Positions 51,319 to 64,000 of a stretch of 64,000 bases of DNA are shown here, one piece after another. Source of the DNA: Tubiluchus corallicola (taxonomy: Eukaryota > Animalia > Priapulida). A model generated the notes under the pieces. It saw only the letters and a list, made by a program, of their open reading frames with translations, was not told where the DNA came from and did no database searches. The translations under genes were made by a program, and so were the position numbers. The first letter of the stretch is position 1, and the number at the start of each line of letters is the position of its first letter. The DNA is taken from contig JAQGDQ010000369.1 in the NCBI GenBank assembly GCA_030141605.1, forward strand, positions 62,001 through 126,000. Direction: 5' to 3'.

Positions 51319-52851
51319 ATGGCTTACCGATGGCGACATTGTAATTATTTTAACCTGGCTGTATTTTTTGTAATAACAAATCTGATTACATTGCTGTACA
51401 TAATTCGACTACAACCATCTGCGGAATCTCGTCTTGCTTTATGCGCCAGTAGAACAAAGCGGAAAAATTCTGCACATGTCGACGGCTATGATGCCAAATT
51501 GACAATTCTCGTACGCGACTTTGAACAAGATTATTTGGAAAATAAGGTTGCAAAAACATTACAGTTGTATCATCAATCATTCCCCAATGCACATTTAGTC
51601 ATAGTATCAGACAAGTTGCCTTACCCACCTATAAAGCTGTCGAGTGCTTTGAAGGAAGTTGTAGAAGTGATTCAGCTAGATCCATTGCCTGCTAGTGCAT
51701 ACTACTTGTCAAATCCGGATCATTTTATAAAATCTGAATATGTGATGTTTGTGCCAGATGCGACAAGACCTGTGTCTCCTGACATGTTAGAAATTGCAAT
51801 TGAACGAATAACTTCAGAAAAATATGATGTTTTTGTTGTGCCGACAAAAACCGCTCGCAATGAACAGCTGAAACCCTGTCACAATTTGAAAGTGAATTTG
51901 CGCGAGTGGACTATGACAGTCAGTGAGGGCAAAACTTTACGTGACTGCAATAGTTTTGATGATAGTCCACTAGTTATTTTACCTCGGTCTATTCTTCTGA
52001 ATTTGACTCGACCGTTTGCGAGACCGTTTCCGTACAGTTTATTTGTGCAAGCTGCTATGCATGATCTCTTCATTGGCATCTACGATGACGTTTTGTTAAT
52101 GAGAGAGGAGTTGTATTCCTCTCCTGCCATTACTGCTTGGCAAAGAGACAAATCAGAACAGGAACGCAAGATTAAATTTTATCGACAAATGGGGATAAAA
52201 AAAGTTATTTCTCTTCCTTCGGGGGATATTGAGTGGTACGGCTGCGGTCGGGACACTGAGCGTTGTTTTGGAAATGTCATCAACGCTGTGCCGGAGTTTT
52301 TGTATCAACAGCGATGGACGCCACCTTGTTGTTTAAAAGCTTTGAGAGAAACTGCAAAACACGTATTCGACATTTTGACTAAGAACAATGTACCATACTG
52401 GCTTGAAGGAGGCAGCCTTCTTGGTGCTGTTAGACACAAAGACATAATCCCATGGGATTACGATGTTGATATTGGCATTTACCGTGATGATATTACAAAA
52501 TTAGATCTTTTCGTTGATGCACAGAAACAGCCTACAATGGACGAGGACGGTTTTGTCTGGGAAAAAGCAACCGACGGTGACTTCTACAGAGTTCAGTATA
52601 GTGAGACAAATCGCTTGCACGTCGACATTTTCCCCTTTTTCTCCAGAAATGGAATAATGACCAAAGATACGTGGTTTCCCACTCACAAACAAGACTGCGA
52701 GTTCCCTGAGCATTATCTCAAACCATTGACTAAAATTCAGTTTGCCGGTGTTGAAGCTTCCGCGCCAAATAACATCACGCAGTTCCTTGAATTGAAATTT
52801 GGCAAAGGTGTGATAGACAATCCTCAATACCCGGATACTATGAGGACTTGA
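51319..52851 (+). CDS. FKRP: Fukutin-related protein (ribitol-5-phosphate transferase, LicD family), 510 aa, single coding exon
   Basis: Type II TM near the N-terminus. WYGCGRDTERCFG, RWTPPCCLKALRETA, WLEGGSLLGAVRHKDIIPWDYDVDIG and FYRVQYSETNRLHVD motifs. Confidence 0.96.
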   Translation: MAYRWRHCNYFNLAVFFVITNLITLLYIIRLQPSAESRLALCASRTKRKNSAHVDGYDAKLTILVRDFEQDYLENKVAKTLQLYHQSFPNAHLVIVSDKLPYPPIKLSSALKEVVEVIQLDPLPASAYYLSNPDHFIKSEYVMFVPDATRPVSPDMLEIAIERITSEKYDVFVVPTKTARNEQLKPCHNLKVNLREWTMTVSEGKTLRDCNSFDDSPLVILPRSILLNLTRPFARPFPYSLFVQAAMHDLFIGIYDDVLLMREELYSSPAITAWQRDKSEQERKIKFYRQMGIKKVISLPSGDIEWYGCGRDTERCFGNVINAVPEFLYQQRWTPPCCLKALRETAKHVFDILTKNNVPYWLEGGSLLGAVRHKDIIPWDYDVDIGIYRDDITKLDLFVDAQKQPTMDEDGFVWEKATDGDFYRVQYSETNRLHVDIFPFFSRNGIMTKDTWFPTHKQDCEFPEHYLKPLTKIQFAGVEASAPNNITQFLELKFGKGVIDNPQYPDTMRT

Positions 52852-54618
52852 TCAGATGATGTGATAAGCACTTCGCGTTATATGCACTATTATTGTGTTG
52901 TTGTGCTGTAGTTGTAAACAATAGAACAGGTCGGCTTTTTACCACTCTTCGGTAACTCAAATGTTTTGTTTTAGCAAATAACTTGAAAGGTACATAATTA
53001 TTGAACAACGTAGCTGCTGTAGGCTATATGCATATATGTGAATCATGGTTATACTTTCACTTTTGAATAAAACTGAATAGTTGAAATTACGCGAATTTTG
53101 CCTGTGAACAGAATTTTTATGCTAAGATCAGATGCAAATCAATGTATCCATGTTTTAATTCAAAACATTTTTTCCAGACTTTCTTTGGAGTGTTTGGCTA
53201 AAATCAAGATGTTTACTTTTCTTTCGACACGCCAATTTGATATATTTAGCTTCACTTCACTTTTTGTTTTATTTTTGTTTTTGAAGTAATTTGTAATTTA
53301 TGCCAGTGATTTGTAAATATCAAGCTCAGTAGTTTATGTTTCATAAATCAGCTATTGCTAAGCACCAGAGGTAGGACTAGTAATCAAGAAATGTGTTTAG
53401 ATGTTAATGTCTGATATGAGACTATAATGCTTTATTGCAGTATTAAAGAAAAATCGTACAATTGTGTAAACATTAGTTCAGAATGAAGAATGCTCTAAAA
53501 TATTGAAAACTACAATAGCTTTTTTTAAACCAAATCTTAGATTAAATAATAATTACCTCGGATACTCAAATTTCGTTAAACTTTCAAAGCTACGCGCAGC
53601 TCGTGAGATTGGCATCAGCGCCTTTTTGTGACATGCACGTGGCCGACAAATAGAAGGCGGTACTGTGATAACCATGACCATGAACTGCAGTGTTAGTTTC
53701 TGACGTCATATGACGTAGATCCCATTTTCGTGACATCACAAGTTTAAGCAGTAGCACTTACGCAAACGTGCTTGTCACGCAAGGGAAGATGCTTACCATT
53801 CCACAAACTGTGGTTAGTTTCTGACGTAAGCAGTAGTTGTGTTCGGTTGCCGTTAATTAACTTTCTAAGCTAATTATTCAAATATAAGAGACAATTGCTA
53901 ACCTTTATAGGCAAGAAAATGTATATCTTGAACAGTAAATTAAAATGAGATTGAGTGTAAACAATCGCCCAGTCTTCCTTTAATGGTTGTTCCAGTATTG
54001 CATTGGTTCCTTACTGAATCACTGTGTATGAGTGGGTATCAAAATAGAGTTAACAGCTTTGTACCCATTGTATAGTAAATATTTATAAGTTATTTATTGT
54101 AAATACATGTAATATGTAATCTTATATTTTACTTTTTACTTGACTGCTACGCTAATATTATTGATTTTGTTAAATCACATTTACAAGATTTATGTTGATT
54201 TTAAGTTGTATAATTAAATAAATTAATTAAGATACCTATATTCAGTAGGTAAAATCAATGCTGATGATATCTCAGTTATATTTTGTATTTGTAAAGCTGA
54301 CATATGACTATATACTCATTTTAGCTGTAATTTAAGTTGTTCTGTAGGGGTAGATATTTATTTTTAGCATCAAGTTAGAAATATCATTACATCAGATTTT
54401 TGCATACTTTCTCAGTAAAATGCAATGAATTAAAATAAAATTGATTGTTATTAGTCTGTTAGGTTGTATTTTCCATTTTTCTTACAGCCGGTTTGTCGCT
54501 GTTAATTTCCCACCAACAGTAACCTATTCATCAGCGTATATAAGATCTATAATAATATACATGTAATTACAGATTTAATTAGAACTGAAATGAATTCAGT
54601 TGTATGAAACTAAGCATA

Positions 54619-55092
54619 CAGTCAACCTTGGGTATAAGGTACTTGCTTATAAGGGACCGCCAACACCGCTCCTGATTTTTCGTAACATTTTCCTATGTAA
54701 AAATCTTTGTATATAAGGTACTCGGATATAAGGGACTTTGGCTCGGATATCTCTAGGTCCTGCGTATTAGAAACCCAGGTAAATTACCTCGCATATAAGG
54801 GACCCTATGATCAAAGCGAAATTGATCAATTTTTAACCTCAATTTTTCGCAAACTCGGCCTTCGAACAGCTCTGTTTCCGCGATCACATACATCTCACAT
54901 CACTGAAGGAGCTTCCTACATACCGTTTGCACTGAATGTGTAGCAATAATCATAATAAACATGTGTAAAAGTGCAGAAAAGTACAGGTCTAGATACAGCC
55001 TCGATCTGACTCAACTTCGGCTATAAAGGACATTGAATATAAGGGATGGTTTTTTCCGGTCCCGACGTGTCCCTTATATCCAAAGTTGAGTG
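54619..55092. mobile_element. Tigger/pogo-type MITE
   Basis: TA|cagtcaaccttgggtataagg ... ccttatatccaaagttgagtg|TA, with many internal tataaggga repeats. Confidence 0.85.
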
Positions 55093-56094
55093 TAGTTCAC
55101 TTTGGTCTTCCTAGTTTTGCATTTCTGCTCATCTATTTCAATTATATATTTATAGGATATATCCCCTAGGATCGATGCCATAAAAATATTGATTATACTT
55201 GTACAACTAGTATTTTTTATCCTACATGTATCTGTCTGTCTCATTGTCAGGCTAGTTGCTTGTTTTTAATTAAATCCACAAAGCAGCAAGACTGTGCTGT
55301 ATTGCTACCAGTAGTGTTTACTCAGTAATAAGCTGTAACCACCGGGGTTTATAATATTCCACAAAGTTCATACGAGGTCAGCATAGGGCATCTGCTGAGG
55401 GCATTGTGAGGTTTGTTTACTCAGTGTGTCCCAATGTCAACATGACTGTAAAAGAGTGAAACCACAGTAAATTAAATCCACACCAGTGGTGTTTGACCCG
55501 CTGACCGTTGGGCAGAATATTGATCTCAAAACAGACTTCTTGTAATTGTTTCCGTGCTTGACGTGTAAGAATAAAAGAGGCAAATTGTTTTTTTTGTAGT
55601 TTGCGACTCATTGTTTGTATTTTATAAGTTGGCTCTGCTTTTGTTGTGATGTCACATAAAATTCTTTTCCATGTTTTATTTAATAAGGTTTTATTTAAAA
55701 AAAACAGATTGTGGCTCTCAGAATTTCATTTAGCACAAGAACTACCAGCTCTAGCCTAATAACCCACATGAATTTTTTTGCTATAAAAATTATTCTATAT
55801 TAACTGTCACAAACTGTTTATACATCATAAACTTTCTGTGAACCTCATGGGATCTCCTCGTGTATTGCACGTGATCAGTATATTCATATACTGAAGAATA
55901 ACATCCTTGGCCTAAGAGGGGAATGTAGTGCAACACATCATATATGTTCGTGTATAAACATGGTGCAGCTGGTGCATGTAAACATGTTTGTACTCATATA
56001 AACTGGGTATCTAAGAGCCCTGAAAACAAACTGACATTGTGTCTGAAGCGTGTAACACCGTGTCTGCAAATGCCGATACGAAACAACAGGAATC

Positions 56095-56342
56095 ATGAAT
56101 ATTTCATTGAAAAAACTGACTTTATCCGAAGCGATACACCTGAAGGGACTAAAGATTGTGAAGAGGATCCAACTGTTGGCCAAAGACAGAGAGGACATGC
56201 TGATGATATGGTCTCACTTTGGGGATCCCGGAAATGTGTTTGCTTTGTTTTTTCCCGCTATTTTCTGTTTGAGTAACAAGTGGGGTATTCGATTGTTGTG
56301 GCTCGGAGTAATGGGAGAGTGGTTAAATTTATGCTTAAAATG
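56095..56342 (+). CDS. G6PC: Glucose-6-phosphatase (PAP2 family), exon 1
   Basis: SHFGDPGNVF..FP..EWLNLCLKW; donor TG|gtaaga. Confidence 0.9.
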
Positions 56343-57292
56343 GTAAGAATATGCTTTCGTTTACAAATTTTCTGTTATTATATTAGGAAAGTTAAAACTA
56401 CATTTTCTACGATTTCATTATATCAAGATCATTGAACAAAATTTTGAATTTGATTTCTGTGTCTCTTATTTTTTTGCAGAACATAAATTAGCCAACGGAT
56501 CTATAAAAGTTTCTTTTTATATTTTTATAGTTTTTGCACATATTTTTTGTACTAGTGAAAACTAAGTTTTTTTAGATCGCCCAAAATATACTCTTGCATC
56601 ATTAATTTTGTTTTTATTGGTTTTTTTAGGTGTATATAATGTTTAATTGATTTCTTCATTTTTTGTTTTTTGTCCAGTTTTCTCTGGTGCAATTTGCCAT
56701 TTGAAAATTTGATTATTAAAAATCAAAAAGTAATGAAAGTTTAGAGATTTGAGCAAACCAAAATTGATGATCTCACTGTGCTATGTAAAAATACACGTGA
56801 CACTGGATCGCAAAAGTTTCAAGCGAATACTGAATTTCATTTAATCTGGAGAAGCTGCATACTTTATATTAGTCTGTTACAGTTTCCAAATGACTCTTTC
56901 CAAATAATTATGACTCTGTTATAGCTTCCAAAATATGAAGAAATCAAAAGTCTTAATTTCCATAGCTCCTCGGTAATACTGTTTTCATTTGTCTGAAAGG
57001 AGATCTCAATGATTTCTTAATTTTTGTTGGAGCAGCTGGTATCAATGGTTCTTTTCAGGCTTTTATAGCAAATACTTTACAAATTTGTATCAAGAAAAAA
57101 AACTTTTACTATTGGGAGAAGAAAGTCTTAGATAATTGTGAATCAAAAGTCTTTGGAGGTGACAAAAATGCTGACCTCGAACTTTTTTTTCTGAGTGAGA
57201 GTGAAAACTTTCAAGTCAGCTCTTGCAGATGTAGTTAGCTAATATTCGCAATTTATCATCACCTAGACGTTTTAATTCCTGCTTTATTTTAG

Positions 57293-57502
57293 GGTTATTC
57301 ATGGTGAGAGACCGTACTGGTTTGCTATTGAGCAACGTGATGCCTATGGTGACTATTGCATTCCTTACATTAAACAATTTCCAATGACTTGTGAGACGGG
57401 CCCGGGTATGCCCTCTGGCCATGCGATGATAACTGGATCTGTTTGGTTTCTCCTAGTGTTTGCCATTCTCAAGATACTGCAGAATCAGTTCTGGCCTCAT
57501 AG
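57293..57502 (+). CDS. G6PC: Glucose-6-phosphatase, exon 2
   Basis: VIHGERPYW..QFPMTCETGPGMPSGHAM (PAP2 motifs 1 and 2); canonical splice sites. Confidence 0.93.
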
Positions 57503-57941
57503 GTGAGTTTGATTAAGATAGCATTCTATTGGCTCAGAAATCACCAAGGTGTACCAGTATATTATGCGCACAGAAATGTATGCTATACTAAATAGATTAG
57601 ATGATTAGTCATCAAGTCAAATGCTACTGGAAAGTGCGTTGTGTAATTTATATTTGTTTAAGGGTACAACTTTGTTTTCGTTTGTTCCTATTCTAGTCTA
57701 AGAAATTTGATATACTGTATATATTTTTAAATTTAAAATTTTTATCAAACATACGAATCATGAGACGAATTATGTCAAATGCTACTCCAGAGTGCATTAC
57801 ATCGTACATGCATGTTGTTGAAAGGACAACACTTAGCCTTCGTGTCTGTTCCATCGCTAGATTTGAATTAGAAGATTCCTTTATTTCGATGATTGAGGAC
57901 TGCTTCACATTTTCACTTTATCTATCTTTATTTGATTACAG

Positions 57942-58072
57942 GAATAGCTGCCCTACTGTTCTTGGAGCGCTTTCATGGATTGCCTTCACCATTGCGTATG
58001 TCCTAGTGTGTTTGTCAAGATTACTACTAGCTGCTCACTTTCCACATCAAGTTCTTGTAGGATCAATTTGTG
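57942..58072 (+). CDS. G6PC: Glucose-6-phosphatase, exon 3
   Basis: VCLSRLLLAAHFPHQV (motif 3 with the catalytic His). Confidence 0.93.
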
Positions 58073-58647
58073 GTAAGATTTGAATTTGAGTTTTTTTAAT
58101 AATATTTGTGGAAGTTGGAATTGTACATTGTAATTAGGTGCTGCCATCTATGTGCTAGTCCTGTTACATTCAACCAGCTGAGTTACCTTCAGTATAATTG
58201 TATGGTCCAGTGAATACATACACACTGGTCCTCACCCTATTTGAAATTAATGGTTGTTGTGAAGCCTGTGCAACTCTGCATAGGTCAAGATCTATACCTG
58301 TATACTGGCTGTGAAACAGGTTTTACTGACTGTTTTTGCTTTCTAGTTTTTGCTCAATGTTCAGTGCAGCAGTTTTGCTACTCATGTTTTCTGTAGTTCA
58401 ATAAACACTTTTCTGTTGTGTGCAGTGCAAATATTTATTATAGATTTTTGGTTCCTCTCCATACTTCTCTGTGCCTAAACTCAATCATAACAAAGTGACT
58501 GAACAACAACTTCAAAAATGACTTCCACAATATTTATTAAGAGCATCTTGTCTTGTCCTTTTGGATAGTAGTTTACCATTAAAATGCAGTAAATGTGTTT
58601 CGAGGATTGGTTCTTCCTTTAAATTCAAATTGATTATTGCATTGCAG

Positions 58648-59192
58648 GATTCACTCTCCTGATATGCATCTCGGTTATCCCAGTGGGAAAGGCTCGAATG
58701 CCAGTGTATGTTTTGACATCTACTTTATTATTCGCAATTGCTTACGGCGAATATATCTGGCTGCATAGACTTGGATTTGATCCTGATTGGTCAGTTAGCA
58801 AGGCATTGAAGTTCTGCGAGGACGTTTCCTGGGTACATCTCAATACTGCTCCTCTACACACATTAGCTAGACTTTGTGGTGCTCTGTTAGGACTTGGGCT
58901 AGGTCTCGGACTACGAAACTTACTTGGTATAGAACAACACAGGCTTGGTTATACGGCTGACGATAAACCACACTGGCCAGTTAGGATCGTGTCCGCCATT
59001 TTGGCTGTATTGTTGTATAATTTTGCTGAGTCTATTTCACTACCTCAAGATCCAATTGAGTATTTTTATTTGCTGGCTTTTGTAAAGCATACAGTTTTAC
59101 CAATATTAGTAGTGACACTTATTCCTTGTATTGCAAGGTTATTAATATTTATGCAACCTAGCTATTTACAGAATAAAATTCATGATTCTTGA
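58648..59192 (+). CDS. G6PC: Glucose-6-phosphatase, exon 4 (terminal); 377 aa in total
   Basis: LGFDPDWSVSKALKFC..WVHLNTAPL..L.R..GALLGLGL. The exon lengths sum to 1134 nt, in frame. Confidence 0.9.
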
Positions 59193-60244
59193 AATGTAGC
59201 GCTTTATTTTGATGTAAATAGGATATATATATATATTGCATGTAATGTAACATACTGATTATTGTTTTTGTCTTATATAACTCACTATGCCACTTAGTTT
59301 CGTAACACCAGTTGCATAGTATGACTTTTACAGCTGTAGTTTTAACAACTAAATATTAAACTATGATTGCTATAGTTATGACTGTATCTGTAATCTGTTG
59401 CTTATATTATGTATTATATATAATTTAGTTATCATCAGAAAGTTTCGTTTGTTGATTTTGATAATTATTTTGATTTGTGATGGTGCCGTAGGTAACTATA
59501 ACTGGAGACATATTTTGATTTTGATTTCCACTTCAAAAGATAAATCTATGCAAAAGTATTAGATTCAGTCAATTTAATGAAAAGTGAAAACTTTTTACTA
59601 TCTAGTCACATAACATATGCTTTCTAATTTTGCGCCGCATAACTCTCAAATGTGTCGTTTCTATGATCAATCTGTAAATTGTTTCTATTGCCAAATGGGT
59701 GCTTTGTATGCATCATTCTTATCAAGTTTTGACTTGTTTCATTAACATGGCTTTTGAACACATTAAAGTTTTTATACCAACATGTTTCTTGAACGACTGC
59801 TTGTACACATTAAGCTTCTTACCTTTGAAATTTGTTTGTAAATAAAACAAGTTGTACACACAGCACTCCTTTTTTGCAAGTTGTTATGCAACGTCTTGAT
59901 TAGTGCTATTAAGCATCATTATTGCCATTAATTAGTTTTTGTAAGTTGCTACTATGTTAATAAATTTTTGTGATTTTTAAGTACAAAGTTATGTTTTATT
60001 TTTTATTATTTTGGCACGTGTCTATTGTTCAAATGAAGAAAACATAATTGCCGACCATTTTAGCCAGTAAGATAACATAACAGAAACAAGTATTTATCAG
60101 AATATAAAAACACATGAAATGGTTTAATCCATTGACTTTGCACTACCTGCTTGCAATTAGCTGGGAACTTGTAAAGTAAAAAACTGTAGCACTTTAAGGT
60201 GATATAAAACAAAACTACTCGCATGTTTTACATTACAAAATTAA

Positions 60245-60850
60245 CCCTTATATGGTCACGATTTTTTACAACCAATTTTGGTAATGGAGGGAAGGGTAAA
60301 ATTACCCCCACCATAATTCGTAAATTACTTTTGATAAACTGCCGTGTTTCATTAGTAAACAGCAACAGCATAATTTGTGGTTATGCTGACCACCATAGGA
60401 TACATTATACCTCTGCTTAAAGACATGTGACTTACTAGTAATACGAAATTTAAATTCACTTAGTTACATTCCCTTATCTGTGCTGGAATAACTGTAAACA
60501 ACCTACATTGCTACCGTGTGTGCAAAAATCATTGTTATTTTGAATTTATTGTCTTACTACTTTCTTCTTTTACAGACGTCTGACATTTTGTTTTATCAGA
60601 TACATCGCCTGTATAATGTATAGACTAGCGAAGTAAAGTTTCGACAATTTTAAAAAATCGATATATTGCATTTTCACTTTTATTTCATGGTGAGACAATA
60701 CTCCTAAAATAAATAACTCAAAGTATTTTGTGCGCAAAACATATTTAGAAAAAGCCATGGTAAACGCTTACTGATATGCGTATGGTAAAAGGGTAAAATG
60801 CAAAAAACCGGTCTGGGGGTAATTTTTACCCCCCGGTCACCCTATAAGGG
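60245..60850. mobile_element. piggyBac-like MITE
   Basis: TTAA|cccttata ... tataaggg|TTAA, with internal inverted motifs ggtaaaattaccccc (~60295) and gggggtaatttttacc (~60815). Confidence 0.8.
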
Positions 60851-61277
60851 TTAACAAAATTTTGCGCAGCATAAACTTTTAATGATTTCTGTTGAAAGAC
60901 TCAGCCAAACACAAAATGTCCCAACCAAATTTTCTAGATCAGTGTAGCAAAAATTGGAAGTAGTAAAGGTGATGAGAGGGCCTGCTGAATATTGGTGATA
61001 ACACAACTAACAGTTAATGCAGCATACATAAACTATGGGTCGCTCTTTGAGACAGGACTAATATTTAATTTTTGCATAGCTACATACAAATGTTTGATTT
61101 ATGTACTAGTACTGATTTTATAAATGGGCTAGATACTGTCAACCTTGGAAGACAACAGTGTGTGAGTGTAATGTGTACAAAGTGCAGCTTAATTTGCAGG
61201 TTCATTGTAGTCTATTGTAATAGCACGAGCTGCGTGTACATATTATAGCTGCCTCGATCTTCAGTATCAAGTGTGGA

Positions 61278-61360
61278 ATGGCGGATGCAGTTGTTAACGA
61301 AAAGTGGTTAGAGGCATGGGAGTCGGGCAATTTTGGATGGCATAAGAAGGCTGTGAATAA
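61278..61360 (+). CDS. TPMT: Thiopurine S-methyltransferase, coding exon 1
   Basis: MADAVVNEKWLEAWESGNFGWHKKAVN; donor AA|gtaagt. Confidence 0.85.
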
Positions 61361-61788
61361 GTAAGTATAAAAGTAATCACGTTTTTTGTTCCTTTTTAGT
61401 TGAGTAATTCAATTTTACTGATACTTACCTTTTTCATACGACAAATTAATTCAAAACTTTTTGTGCAAAACATTTTCAACAACACTTGTCACTAGATGAA
61501 CCATTTTTAAACAATAGAAGAAGCCACACAAAGAATTTTATACAAACGGTTTTGAAAATGGTTTCAAACTACCTCCCAGGCAGGTTTGAAAACACTTTAG
61601 TGAAAAATTTTGTAAATGGTTTTGGTTGTCTTATGAATACTCAAACCACATTTACTGTGTGAAAAGAGTATTAATTGTTACTCTGATTTCATTCATTGTG
61701 CAAGGCTTTATGTATTAATATCATGAATGATATTGCGTGATTTTAGGTTTGTGAATAATTGTCATTTTAACTCATCTTGTTTGTGTAG

Positions 61789-61881
61789 AAATCTTATGGA
61801 TCATGCTGATTTGCTCTTTGGTGGCCGAAGCAACTTGCGTGTATTCGTTCCCATGTGTGGCAAATCTATTGATATGAAATG
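61789..61881 (+). CDS. TPMT: Thiopurine S-methyltransferase, exon 2
   Basis: LRVFVPMCGKSIDMKW, the SAM-binding motif I. Confidence 0.92.
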
Positions 61882-62175
61882 GTAAGAAAAATTACTTTTA
61901 TGCTTGTAAATATAGTTTAAATTGTTTACTAGTCATTATAGTTACTAACTTACAGTAATACGTTTCTATAATTTGAACAGTTCTGCTTAATCATTAGGTT
62001 TAAGTTTTCATTTGCAGACTTGTCTAGGCATTCTAAGAAGCCTTCTAAGGCGTATTCTAAGTATAATTGTACAAACAACTAAAGTAAATAAGCACAGACA
62101 GAATCACCGCCATGATATTTTTTGTTATTTTTTTCACTGAATTTTACGTATTGATGCAAGTTTGCATTTCTGTAG

Positions 62176-62305
62176 GCTAGCAGAGCTGGGCCACAGTGTC
62201 GTTGGAGTTGAGCTAGCTGATGCGGCTGTGAAGGCATTTTTTCAGGAGCAAAATTTGACTTACAGTGTCAAACCTATTGAGCAAGTACCAGGCAACGTTT
62301 ATCAG
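62176..62305 (+). CDS. TPMT: Thiopurine S-methyltransferase, exon 3
   Basis: LAELGHSVVGVELADAAVKAFFQEQNL. Confidence 0.92.
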
Positions 62306-62644
62306 GTTACCGGTTTTCTATTTGAAAATTCCAAGTATGACTTAATTGTGTTCAAGAACGTGTTTTCGTGTGCATGTAAATTTCGGTTAAAGAGGTTGGG
62401 ATACATTTAAACATTTTAGTTGAAACAAGTAGATATGAGACAATTTTTATTATATAAACTTAAGAAGAGAATATAAATCTGCTGCAAGCGTCTTGTTTTA
62501 AACTTTGCCTATAAAAAATTGATAGCAATTAACTTCATAAATTGACTTCATAACTGCTGGTAGCCCATATCTAACTTTTGCTTAGTCAAATTTTTGCATG
62601 GGACAGTGCCAGTAGTTTTTCATTTTCACACCCATATCTTCAAA

Positions 62645-63009
62645 CTGCATGGTGTGAACTGCCCCTGCATGGTGAGAGCTGACCCTGCATGGTGTGAGCT
62701 GACCCTGCATGGTGTGAGCTGACCCTGCATGGTGTGAGCTGACCCTGCATGGTGTGAGCTGACTCTGCATGGTGAGAGCTGACCCAGCATGGTGTGAGCT
62801 GACCCTGCATGGTGTGAGCTGACCCTGCATGGTGTGAGCTGACCTTGCATGGTGTGAACTGACCCTGCATGGTGTGAGCTGACCTTGCATGGTGTGAGCT
62901 GACCCTGCATGATGTGAGCTGACTCTGCATGGTGTGAACTGACCCTGCATGGTGTGAGCTGACTCTGCATGATGTGAGCTGACCCTGCATATTGTGAGCT
63001 GACCCTGCA
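62645..63009. repeat. 20-bp minisatellite (~18 copies) in a TPMT intron
   Basis: Unit gcatggtgtgagctgaccct. Confidence 0.97.
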
Positions 63010-63754
63010 AACTACTTGATGCTCTAACTTACATCACATATGATTTCCTAAGCCAAGGTGTTACATTTTTCATGGTTTTTGACTGTTTTGATGATTTGTA
63101 TATAAAACACGAAATTTCGACTTGATGTCTTCTATTTCGTGGTTTATTTGACGAATCGATGCCAATACGGGAATCATTCAAATCTGAAACGAAAACCCTC
63201 GATTTTGTTAGCAAAACTTATGCACTCCTTGGCTTAATTGACTAGGAGGGAATAGGAACATGTCTGTTGTTGAAATGGTAACGCTTTTTGACAACAACTT
63301 TGTGACCTATGAGAAGCCAATGTTCTTCACCTTGTTCATCTGGTATTTTTGACCTATTTGGACAAATTGTTAAAGACATGCAGTGCACACAAATGTTGAT
63401 GTGTGAGCATCTTGAAAATTTTCTAACTGTTTGTTTGTAATGTTTATGAAGTTTGAAATTTTGAAGTTTATATTATTATCACATTCAGTACAATATAGTG
63501 ACGTGTAATAATACATGGTAACATCAAAATTGTTACACAATACTGTAATAAATTATTATGTTTCATACACTATTGTTATTACAGAAGATTAATTGTACTG
63601 CAGTGAATCTTAGTTACCTTAGTAATTATTATTAGCAGTAATTTTAATAATTACTAATAATTATGCAGTTATATATTAGTGATGTTAACATTACAGCACA
63701 TATTAGTAATTGACGTGATGTGAATTATATGATACATTGTTTAATATGTTTTAG

Positions 63755-63807
63755 GCAAAGGATGCAAATATTCTTATCTATTGCTGTGACCTTTTCCTGG
63801 TTAACAA
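63755..63807 (+). CDS. TPMT: Thiopurine S-methyltransferase, exon 4 (gene continues beyond the window)
   Basis: ttttag|AKDANILIYCCDLFLVN AA|gtaaga; matches the I-x-(I/L)-YCC-x-x-F segment of TPMT. Confidence 0.85.
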
Positions 63808-64000
63808 GTAAGAAGTCTATTTTATAACCAATCATAATGTAGATCACAAGAATTTACAAATTAAATATGCCATATTTACTCGTTTTAGAGCCCCAGCTCT
63901 TATTCTTTCAATTGAACTAAGTACCGGAACTTTTTTCAAACAGGCTTTTATTCAAGAACAGTGCTTCCTAATTTGTAAGCCTTTACTGCTTATGTTCACC

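Noticed and set aside
51319-52851. Intronless LicD-domain gene as a bacterial horizontal transfer
   Set aside because: It is a clear FKRP orthologue, and FKRP also has a single coding exon in vertebrates.
62582-63010. Three overlapping minus-strand repetitive ORFs
   Set aside because: Artefact of a stop-free 20-bp unit inside a TPMT intron.
41347-63807. RACGAP1-FKRP-G6PC-TPMT as a functional gene cluster
   Set aside because: The genes belong to unrelated pathways; this is an ordinary eukaryotic neighbourhood with no evidence of a shared system.

Overview
AT-rich genomic DNA from an invertebrate animal (spliceosomal introns, many MITEs and LINE remnants, mini- and microsatellites). There are no prokaryotic operons, CRISPR arrays, rRNA or tRNA genes that I can support. 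I reconstructed eight protein-coding genes by reading splice sites by eye: (1) a single-coding-exon ~650-aa orphan that seems to carry three divergent Ski/Sno/Dachshund-like domains; (2) a MARVEL (plasmolipin/CMTM-like) tetraspan whose stop codon lies inside a 52-bp repeat that also forms an array in its upstream intron; (3) a two-exon secreted, probably GPI-anchored, LRR+LRRCT protein; (4) clathrin light chain, 5 exons, one GC-AG intron; (5) RacGAP1, minus strand, almost intronless; (6) FKRP; (7) glucose-6-phosphatase, 4 exons; (8) the first four coding exons of TPMT. Mobile DNA includes an internally deleted pogo element, Tigger-like, piggyBac-like, Mutator-like and hAT-like MITEs, and Rex1 and L2/CR1 3' remnants. 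I see no clear novel multi-gene system. The best leads are the triple Ski-like orphan, the repeat-flanked MARVEL exon and the LRR gene. All family assignments come from motif recognition, not database searches.
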